NCBI GenBank assembly: GCA_029858565.1
Contig: JAOUEV010000043.1
Location: 1-31,483, forward strand
DNA length: 31,483 nucleotides
Direction: 5' to 3'
Source of the DNA: Nitrospirota bacterium
GTDB lineage: Bacteria > Nitrospirota > UBA9217
Shown: positions 24,369 through 31,483 of the stretch, piece after piece
Layout of the letters: each line of letters begins with the position of its first letter
Position numbering within the stretch: position 1 is the first letter of the stretch
The notes under the pieces: generated by a model
What the model was told of the DNA's origin: nothing
Seen by the model: only the letters and a program-made list of their open reading frames with translations
Database searches by the model: none
Made by a program: the position numbers and the translations under genes

Positions 24369-27300
24369 GTGAAAAAAAATGTCGCTTTTATCAAGTGGGT
24401 CTTCAGCATGCTCGGAAAATTCGTCGGTTCCTTTTCCTGGTCACCCCCGCCTTGGATGGATTTCCTGAAGAACTTCTCTTTCAACATTCAGGCCAAAAAA
24501 GAGGCAGTGAAAGCCGCCCTGCGCCGATACCGGGAACAGCGGCGAGCAAAACCTGAGCAGCCCTCCGAAAGAAAAACCGGGATAAACTTCAAGCGGCTCG
24601 GATCGGTCCTCGGAATCGTTGTCGTCGTTTTCGCTCTGCTCATGTGGTATGCAGCGCACCGCCGCGGCCTGATCTCTGTTTCCGGAACAGAGCCGGGAAT
24701 TACCAAACTCGAAGATGTTTTGAAGCCCGATCCGGTGCGGATCGAGTTCAGCCGCTCGGCTGTCCGGCTCGACTTGATCGGCAAAGCAATCGCGGAAGGC
24801 ATGTCGATTACGCCTGCTATCGAGGGCGAATGGAAGTGGACCAACGATAAAAACCTTGTGTTCCGGCCGAAGGCTGACTGGCAGGCAGGCACGGAATACA
24901 GGGTCAGCATGTCCAAGTCGCTCTTTCCCGACCACGTCAAGCTGAACACCTATTCCTATTCCTTCCGCACACCGCGTTTTGAAGCCGTTCCGGCACAGGC
25001 CGAGTTCTACCAGGACCCCGAAGACCCGAAGATCAAGCGGGTCCTCGCAACCATAAAATTCACCCATCCCGTCGATGCCGTTGATTTCGAGAAGCGCATC
25101 CGCCTTCAGCGCGCTGACGCGAGATCCGGCTTTCTCGGCATCGGTGCGGAGACGGTGCCCTTTACGGTGTCCTACGATAAATATAAGGGAGAAGCGTACA
25201 TCCAATCCAAACCGCTCGAGATCCCCGAAAAGGAGACGACGCTCAAGATCACCATAGATTCCGGCATCCGCACGGAACGGGGCGGACCGAACACGCCCAA
25301 GGAACTTGAAGCGCAGGTGACGATTCCCGGGAAGTACACGCTGTTGCGGGTTGAATCAGCAGAACTTTCGCTTGTCCGGAACGAGCGGTATGAGCCGGAG
25401 CAGGTGCTTGTGATCCAGACAACGGCAGGCGTGTCTGAATCGGAGATCATGAAAAACCTCTCAGTGGTCGTGCTTCCCAAGGACCTGCCAGCCCATCAAA
25501 AGCAGGAGGGGAAGAAGGATTACCTGTGGTCCGAATGGTCCGAACCGGCGAAGATCGGGCCGGAGATCCTGAAGCTCTCATCGCCGGTCAAGCTCATACC
25601 GCTCCCCCGTGACCGGGAATATGCGGAGACCCATAGCTTCAAATACACCGTGACGCCAGGGAAATACCTGTACGTGAAGCTGAAGAAGGGCATCAGGTCC
25701 TTCGGCGGGTACGAACTGGCGAAGGAGTACGACGTCATCCAGAAGGTTCCCGATCTTCCGCAGGAGCTGGGAATCATGGCCGAGGGGTCAATCCTGAGCC
25801 TGCGGGGCGAGAAACGGGTATCGATCTATGCGCGGGACATCGATGCGGTGCGGTTCCAGATCGGCCGCGTTGTGCCTGACGACATCAACCACCTCGTGAC
25901 CCAGACGCGGGGAGACATCAAAAGCCCTGAATTCCTGAATTACGAGTTCAACGAGGACAATATTTCCGAGCATTTTGCCGAGGTGCGCGAGTTCGGCCAC
26001 AAGGAGCTGGGGAAGGCGCAGTACGCGACCTTTGATTTCGGCCGGTACCTGAAGACCGAAAAAGAAACGAACCGGGGCCTGTTCTTTCTGAAAGTCGAAA
26101 GCTGGGACCCCATAAAGAAGAAGACAACGGGAAAAAGGGACAAGCGGCTGATCCTGATCACGGACCTCGGCGTGCTGGTCAAGGACAATGCGGACAAGAC
26201 CCACGACGTTTTCGTCCAGTCGATCCAGACCGGCAGGCCGGTGGCGAACGCCCGGGTGGATATCCTGGGCAGGAACGGCGTGTCCATCTTCGGAACGAGC
26301 ACCAATGCCGACGGCCGGGCGCAGTTCCCTGATTTGTCGGATTTCGACCGCGACAAGAAACCCACGGTCTACCTGGTGAGGCAGGGAAGCGACATCTCCT
26401 TCCTGCCCTACGAACGGAGCGAGCGGAAGCTCAACTTCTCGCGGTTCGATATCGGCGGCGTGGTCACCGAAGGCGAGGCGGACCGGCTCGACGCCTATCT
26501 GTTCTCGGACCGCGGCATCTACCGCCCAGGCGACGAGTTCCATATCGGGATGATCGTCAAGTCCGCGAACTGGAAACGACCGCTGGCGGGCATACCCCTG
26601 GAAGCGTCGGTCGTGGATTCCCGGGGGCTCGAGGTGAAACGCCAGAAGATCAGCCTGCCGGCGTCGGGCTTCGTTGAGGTGAGCTACCAGACCGAGGATA
26701 CTTCGCCGACCGGAAAGTATGCAACGAACCTCTATATTGTCAAAGACAACAAGCGCGGCGCGCTTCTGGGGTCCGTCAGCGTAAAGGTCGAGGAATTCCT
26801 GCCTGACCGGTTGAAGATCACGACAAAACTGACGCAGGAGCGCAAGGACGGATGGGTCTCGCCGGCCGGGCTCAAAGGCCGGGTGACCCTGATGAATCTC
26901 TACGGCACGCCGGCAGTAAACCACCGGATCGCGGCCGAGCTCACGCTGGCGCCTGCACAGCCGGCCTTTCCGCAGTATCAGGACTACCGGTTCTTTGATC
27001 CGGCAAAGGCGGAAACGAGCTTTGTCGAGCCCCTGCCCGATGCAGTTTCTGACGAGAAAGGCGAGGCGGTGCTCGATCTCAACACCAGCCGCTTTGAAAA
27101 AGCGACCTATCGCCTGACCTTTGCTGCCGAGGGATACGAACTCGAAGGCGGCCGGAGCGTGGGATCGACCAGCACGGTCCTCGTGTCCCCCCTTGCCTAC
27201 CTGATCGGGTACAAGCCAGACGGCGATCTGGCCTATATTCACAAGGGCAGCAGCCGGGCGGTCGAACTGATCGCCATCGATCCTTCGCTCAAGAAGATCT

Positions 27301-30300
27301 CGGCGCCGAAGCTCAAGACCCAGGTCATCGAAGAACGCTATGTCTCGGTCCTGACGAAACAATCGAACGGCGTGTACAAGTACCAGTCGGTCAAGAAAGA
27401 GATCCCGGTGAGCGCTGCTGATCTGACGATCGGAGAAGGAGGCACGAAATTCCGCCTGCCGACGGCCAATCCCGGCGATTTCCTGCTGATCGTCAAGGAC
27501 GAGAAGGGGGTGGAACTCAACCGCGTTTCCTTCAGCGTCGCGGGCAAGGGGAACCTCACGAGAAGCCTGGAGCGGAACGCCGAGCTCATCATCAAGCTGA
27601 ACAAGGCTGACTACGCGCCCGGTGAGGAGATCGAGCTCCAGATCCGGGCTCCCTACACCGGCGCCGGTCTCATCACGATCGAGCGCGACAAGGTCTATGC
27701 CTCGCAATGGTTCAAAACGAATACATCGAACTCGATCCAGAAGATCCGGGTGCCTTCGACCTTCGAAGGCAATGGATACGTGAATGTGTCCTTTGTCCGG
27801 GCCATTGATTCGAAAGAGATCTACATGAGCCCCTTGAGCTACGGGGTCATGCCGTTCTCGGTGAGCCGCGAGCAAAGGACCATCAGGATCGATATCGACA
27901 CGCCCGAGCTTGCCCGCCCTGGCGAGCCCTTCAAGATACGGTACAAGGGCAACAAGGCCGGAAAAGCCGTTGTCTATGCCGTTGACGAAGGGATCCTGCA
28001 GGTCGCGCGGTACAAGACGCCGGACCCGTTGGAACATTTCTTCCGCAAGCGCGCGCTCGAGGTGCAGACATCCCAGATCCTCGACCTCATTATGCCCGAG
28101 AACTCGATCGTGCGGATGCTGTCCGCTGCAGGCGGCGACGACGGCGGACGGGGGCTCGGCCAGAACCTGAACCCCTTCAAGCGGAAGCGCGATAAACCCG
28201 TGGTCTACTGGTCGGGTATCGTGAACATCGACCCGACGATGCGGGAATTGGTCTATCGTGTTCCCGATTACTTCAACGGCACGATCCGGGTGATGGCGGT
28301 TGCCGTTGCACCCGAGGCGATCGGCGTGGGCCAGAAGCGCTCGACCGTGCGCGGCAATTTCGTGCTTTCGCCCAATGTCCCGAATTTCGTGGCGCCCGGC
28401 GACGAATGCATCGTAACCGTGGGCGTGGCCAACAACGTCGAAGGCTCGGGCAAGGACGCGGCGATTACGCTCGATCTCGCAACGTCGGAGCACGTGGAAA
28501 TCCTGGATAAGGGACCGCGGACGATGAAGATATCCGAAGGCCGGGAGGAAAGCGCGTCATTCCGGGTGAAGGTAAAAGAGGTCCTCGGTTCCGCAAGGTT
28601 TACCTTTACCGCATCGATAGGCGGCAAAAAGACCGTTTATTCGATCGAGGCGAGCGTGCGGCCACCGATCCCCTTCATGACGGATATTAAGAGTGGATTC
28701 TTTAAATCAGGAAAAACGGATGTGGAGGTCAAGCGGACCATGCATCCTGAGTTCAGGACGATGGATGCCTCTGCCTCGCCGGTTCCGCTCGGACTGGCCC
28801 ATGGTCTCGTGGCCTATTTGGAGAAATTCCCCTATCTCTGCACGGAACAGCTGGTCAGCCAGGCATTCCCGGCGATCGTGCTCAAGGACCGGCCTGATTT
28901 CGGGTATACGCACAAGAAGGCGGGGGAGAACCTGGAAAAGATCATAAGCGTGCTGCGGGCCCGCCAGAACGCCGAAGGCGCGTTCGGATTCTGGGCCGCC
29001 AATTCCCATGTATCGGAATATGCCAGCGTATACGCGATGCATTTCCTGACCGAGGCCAAGGAACGAGGGTATGCGATCCCGCAGGAGCTCATGGAGCGGG
29101 GACTCGCTCATCTCGCCTACCTGGGCAGGCAATCAATGACCGGTGTTGATTCGATCTCCAATGCGCGTAACAGCGCCTATGCCATATATGTGCTGACGCG
29201 AAACAGCGTTGTAACGACGGATTACGTAAACGCCGTGCGCGAGCAATTGGAAAAGACAAAAGCCACAAAGAAGTGGAAGAAAGACCTGACCGCTTCCTAT
29301 CTTGCGGCGACCTATAAGCTGCTCAAGCTCGATAACAAGGCGGATGATCTGATCAGCGGCATGAAGATGGGGCAGCGGGTGGATGCGGATTACGAGAATT
29401 TCTACGACAGCCTTAGCCAGGATTCACAGCATCTGTATCTGCTGGGCAGGCATTTCCCGGAACGGTTCAAGAAGTTCTTGGAAGGGGACATGCTCTGCAT
29501 GGAGTGCATTGTGAACGGGATAACCGGGAACAATTTCAACACCATGACCTCGGCTTACGCGATCCTCGCCATGGATGCCTATGCCGCGGTAGTAGGCGAA
29601 AAAGCTGCTGCAGAGATCAATTTCCGGGAGATCCTTGCCAAGGGTGGCAAGGATCTGGAAAAACCAAAAGGTCTCTTCCCCAAGGTCGCGTTCTCGGGCG
29701 AGGCGAAGAAGATCCGGATCGAGAGCAGTAGCGGGTATCCCACCTATTACCAGGTGACCATGGCAGGATTCGACAAGACGCTTCCGACAAAGGAGATCAA
29801 GGACGGCCTCGAAGTGCAGCACGAATACCGGGACCTCAAGGGCAACGTGATCACATCCACGTCCCTGGGGACCGAGATCGAAGTCCATGTCAAGATGCGG
29901 TCCGTAAAATCCGGCCGGCACAGCAATGTGGCGATCGTGGACCTGCTTCCCGGCGGATTCGACGTGGTGATCGAGAAGTCGCGTCCCGCATCCAGGCCGA
30001 CACAAGTCCAGGAAGAGCGGTCTGAAGAAGGCGAAGGCGAGGATGGACGTTCCGGCGGACGGGAAAACCGGAGACGCTGGGATTCGCCGATCGGTACTGA
30101 TGCATCCACCTGGCAGCCTGATTTCGTGGATATCCGGGAAGACCGGGTGGTGCTCTTCGGCAGCGTGGGAGATTCCGCCCAGGAGTTCGTGTACCGGATC
30201 AAGGCAACGAACAAGGGGAAATATGTCATTCCACCAACATTCGCCGAGTCCATGTACGACCGGACGGTCCGGGCAAGGACCCTGCCGGGGACGATGACGG

Positions 30301-30350
30301 TGGAGGAGAAGAAAGAAGAAACTGCGAAGCCCGAGGCGCTGCGGAAATAA
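24369..30350 (+). CDS. bacterial alpha-2-macroglobulin (copy 2; N-terminal TM anchor, thioester motif)
   Basis: WSPPPW N-terminus, TM helix, FSDRGIYRPGD, VEEFLPDR, AVDEGILQ, PDYFNG, FPYLCTEQ (Cys codon 28839), DLLPGGF and ESMYD. Confidence 0.95.
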   Translation: MKKNVAFIKWVFSMLGKFVGSFSWSPPPWMDFLKNFSFNIQAKKEAVKAALRRYREQRRAKPEQPSERKTGINFKRLGSVLGIVVVVFALLMWYAAHRRGLISVSGTEPGITKLEDVLKPDPVRIEFSRSAVRLDLIGKAIAEGMSITPAIEGEWKWTNDKNLVFRPKADWQAGTEYRVSMSKSLFPDHVKLNTYSYSFRTPRFEAVPAQAEFYQDPEDPKIKRVLATIKFTHPVDAVDFEKRIRLQRADARSGFLGIGAETVPFTVSYDKYKGEAYIQSKPLEIPEKETTLKITIDSGIRTERGGPNTPKELEAQVTIPGKYTLLRVESAELSLVRNERYEPEQVLVIQTTAGVSESEIMKNLSVVVLPKDLPAHQKQEGKKDYLWSEWSEPAKIGPEILKLSSPVKLIPLPRDREYAETHSFKYTVTPGKYLYVKLKKGIRSFGGYELAKEYDVIQKVPDLPQELGIMAEGSILSLRGEKRVSIYARDIDAVRFQIGRVVPDDINHLVTQTRGDIKSPEFLNYEFNEDNISEHFAEVREFGHKELGKAQYATFDFGRYLKTEKETNRGLFFLKVESWDPIKKKTTGKRDKRLILITDLGVLVKDNADKTHDVFVQSIQTGRPVANARVDILGRNGVSIFGTSTNADGRAQFPDLSDFDRDKKPTVYLVRQGSDISFLPYERSERKLNFSRFDIGGVVTEGEADRLDAYLFSDRGIYRPGDEFHIGMIVKSANWKRPLAGIPLEASVVDSRGLEVKRQKISLPASGFVEVSYQTEDTSPTGKYATNLYIVKDNKRGALLGSVSVKVEEFLPDRLKITTKLTQERKDGWVSPAGLKGRVTLMNLYGTPAVNHRIAAELTLAPAQPAFPQYQDYRFFDPAKAETSFVEPLPDAVSDEKGEAVLDLNTSRFEKATYRLTFAAEGYELEGGRSVGSTSTVLVSPLAYLIGYKPDGDLAYIHKGSSRAVELIAIDPSLKKISAPKLKTQVIEERYVSVLTKQSNGVYKYQSVKKEIPVSAADLTIGEGGTKFRLPTANPGDFLLIVKDEKGVELNRVSFSVAGKGNLTRSLERNAELIIKLNKADYAPGEEIELQIRAPYTGAGLITIERDKVYASQWFKTNTSNSIQKIRVPSTFEGNGYVNVSFVRAIDSKEIYMSPLSYGVMPFSVSREQRTIRIDIDTPELARPGEPFKIRYKGNKAGKAVVYAVDEGILQVARYKTPDPLEHFFRKRALEVQTSQILDLIMPENSIVRMLSAAGGDDGGRGLGQNLNPFKRKRDKPVVYWSGIVNIDPTMRELVYRVPDYFNGTIRVMAVAVAPEAIGVGQKRSTVRGNFVLSPNVPNFVAPGDECIVTVGVANNVEGSGKDAAITLDLATSEHVEILDKGPRTMKISEGREESASFRVKVKEVLGSARFTFTASIGGKKTVYSIEASVRPPIPFMTDIKSGFFKSGKTDVEVKRTMHPEFRTMDASASPVPLGLAHGLVAYLEKFPYLCTEQLVSQAFPAIVLKDRPDFGYTHKKAGENLEKIISVLRARQNAEGAFGFWAANSHVSEYASVYAMHFLTEAKERGYAIPQELMERGLAHLAYLGRQSMTGVDSISNARNSAYAIYVLTRNSVVTTDYVNAVREQLEKTKATKKWKKDLTASYLAATYKLLKLDNKADDLISGMKMGQRVDADYENFYDSLSQDSQHLYLLGRHFPERFKKFLEGDMLCMECIVNGITGNNFNTMTSAYAILAMDAYAAVVGEKAAAEINFREILAKGGKDLEKPKGLFPKVAFSGEAKKIRIESSSGYPTYYQVTMAGFDKTLPTKEIKDGLEVQHEYRDLKGNVITSTSLGTEIEVHVKMRSVKSGRHSNVAIVDLLPGGFDVVIEKSRPASRPTQVQEERSEEGEGEDGRSGGRENRRRWDSPIGTDASTWQPDFVDIREDRVVLFGSVGDSAQEFVYRIKATNKGKYVIPPTFAESMYDRTVRARTLPGTMTVEEKKEETAKPEALRK

Positions 30351-30381
30351 ATCCCGCGGCTTCACGGCCCTGCGTTATGCG

Positions 30382-30429
30382 TTGACAGACGGGGGTGTGA
30401 TCGTTATAATGTAGTTACATAACTACATT
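30382..30429 (+). promoter_or_regulatory. TA promoter and autoregulatory operator
   Basis: TTGACA (30382-30387), 17 bp, TATAAT (30405-30410), with a perfect inverted repeat AATGTAGTTA-CA-TAACTACATT (30408-30429). Confidence 0.88.
30388..30414 (+). repeat. 27-bp direct repeat, left copy
   Basis: GACGGGGGTGTGATCGTTATAATGTAG is 25/27 identical to 31192-31218. Confidence 0.85.
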
Positions 30430-30440
30430 GGAGGCGCGGC

Positions 30441-30719
30441 ATGATCAAAGTGGGTTTGCGCGAAGCAAATATGCATTTCTCGAAATACGTTAAAATGGTG
30501 CGACAGGGGCAGGAAGTGGTGGTGACCGAGCGGGGCACGGCGATCGCCGTGATCAAGCCGCTTGGACCCGCAACGTCGCCGGAAAAGCGGATCGCGATGC
30601 TGGAAGAGCAGGGCGTTCTCCGGCGCGCCGCCAGAAAGAAAATCGTGCCGGTAAAGGCGATCCGGATCGAGGGAAAGCCGATTTCGGAAACCTTGGCGGA
30701 AGAGCGGAGCGAGAGGTAA
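30441..30719 (+). CDS. Phd/YefM family antitoxin
   Basis: VGLREANMHFSKYVKMVRQGQEVVVTERGTAIAVIKP; lies directly upstream of a PIN gene. Confidence 0.9.
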   Translation: MIKVGLREANMHFSKYVKMVRQGQEVVVTERGTAIAVIKPLGPATSPEKRIAMLEEQGVLRRAARKKIVPVKAIRIEGKPISETLAEERSER

Positions 30720-30722
30720 TGC

Positions 30723-31160
30723 ATGGAACCGACCTGGGCATATTTCGACACCAGCACGTATCTGAAGCTCTATGTCAGGGAGCAAGGAACGGAAAAAGCG
30801 GTCAAAACCGCGAAGACGCATCGTATCGTGTCCTCGTCAGTTTTGTCGGTTGAATGTCTGTCTGCATTATCCCGGCGGCAGCAGGCGGGTGAAGTGGACG
30901 AGAAGACATTCAAGGCGATCCTGAAGAATATCAGGCAGGGGCTCGAAGCGGTGGAGACCGTCAGGGTCACCGATGATGTCCTGAAACAGGCGGAAGAAAT
31001 TACCCTGCGTTCGGTCGCCAGGGCAATGGACGCCATTCACCTGTCATCGGCATTGTTGTTCCGTGAAAAAACCGGAATCGATCTTGCTTTCGTGACCTCT
31101 GATACCAAACAGCATGAGGCGGCCCTTCATGAGGGGTTAAGAACGGTGTTTGTGGGTTGA
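30723..31160 (+). CDS. vapC: VapC family PIN-domain toxin
   Basis: YFDTSTYLK, conserved E, RAMDAIHL and FVTSD. Confidence 0.9.
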   Translation: MEPTWAYFDTSTYLKLYVREQGTEKAVKTAKTHRIVSSSVLSVECLSALSRRQQAGEVDEKTFKAILKNIRQGLEAVETVRVTDDVLKQAEEITLRSVARAMDAIHLSSALLFREKTGIDLAFVTSDTKQHEAALHEGLRTVFVG

Positions 31161-31191
31161 GCGGCGCACCTATCTAATTATCTGTCTATAT

Positions 31192-31218
31192 GACGAGGGT
31201 GTGATCGTCATAATGTAG
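31192..31218 (+). repeat. 27-bp direct repeat, right copy
   Basis: GACGAGGGTGTGATCGTCATAATGTAG. Confidence 0.85.
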
Positions 31219-31246
31219 CGGTGTGTGGTTACAGGGGAGGAATTTT

Positions 31247-31483
31247 ATGAAGAACCTGGCAATTGTCGTGATACTTCTGGTAGTGTTCGTAATAGTCGGC
31301 TATATGCTGACGAACATGCCCGGGCCTCCTGCGCCTTCTGCTCCGGTGACAGATTCCGCGCCGGCATCGGTCCCTGCTTCAGCGCTTACGCCGACCCAGG
31401 CGTCAGTCCCACCCTCAATGTCCGCTCAAACGCCGACTCCTCCTGCCGCGCCAGCAGCGCCTGCCAAGGCTCCTGCTCCGTCC
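31247..31483 (+). CDS. membrane-anchored Pro/Ala-rich protein (partial; absent from the ORF track)
   Basis: RBS GGGGAGG, then MKNLAIVVILLVVFVIVGYMLTNMPGPPAPSAP..., open to the window end. Confidence 0.8.
   Translation, partial: MKNLAIVVILLVVFVIVGYMLTNMPGPPAPSAPVTDSAPASVPASALTPTQASVPPSMSAQTPTPPAAPAAPAKAPAPS

Noticed and set aside
13029-30350. Recent duplication of the A2M gene
   Set aside because: The two proteins share only short family motifs and differ in length and N-terminal targeting.
30400-30427. dif/Xer site, given the shared ATAATGTA core
   Set aside because: Neither repeat copy has a XerD arm (TTATGTTAAA); promoter plus operator explains the left copy.

Overview
GC-rich bacterial chromosomal window; the gene styles suggest a Nitrospirota/Desulfobacterota-like organism, which is inference only. 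The left end (1-1760) is a small mobile patchwork. It holds the 3' end of a class C group II intron, a four-helix-bundle gene behind a 9-nt-periodic inverted-repeat leader, and an ~870-bp segment that looks like a single integron gene cassette (lipoprotein cargo plus attC) inserted at a secondary GTT site. The middle (1.8-12.8 kb) is mostly housekeeping and signalling: marR-CDGSH-doxX, a YdcF/DUF218 protein, a rhodanese-ferritin fusion, HAMP-GGDEF, nadA, a hybrid histidine kinase and era-dedA-recO. Several families of short palindromic or periodic repeats lie between these genes. The right half (13.0-30.4 kb) is an unusually elaborate envelope locus: two divergent thioester-bearing alpha-2-macroglobulins flank a YARHG protein, an NHL-repeat membrane protein and PBP1C, and PBP1C carries in-frame repeat insertions. 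It is followed by a Phd/VapC toxin-antitoxin module bracketed by a 27-bp direct repeat and by a truncated Pro/Ala-rich membrane protein. All family calls come from motif recognition by eye; no searches were run.
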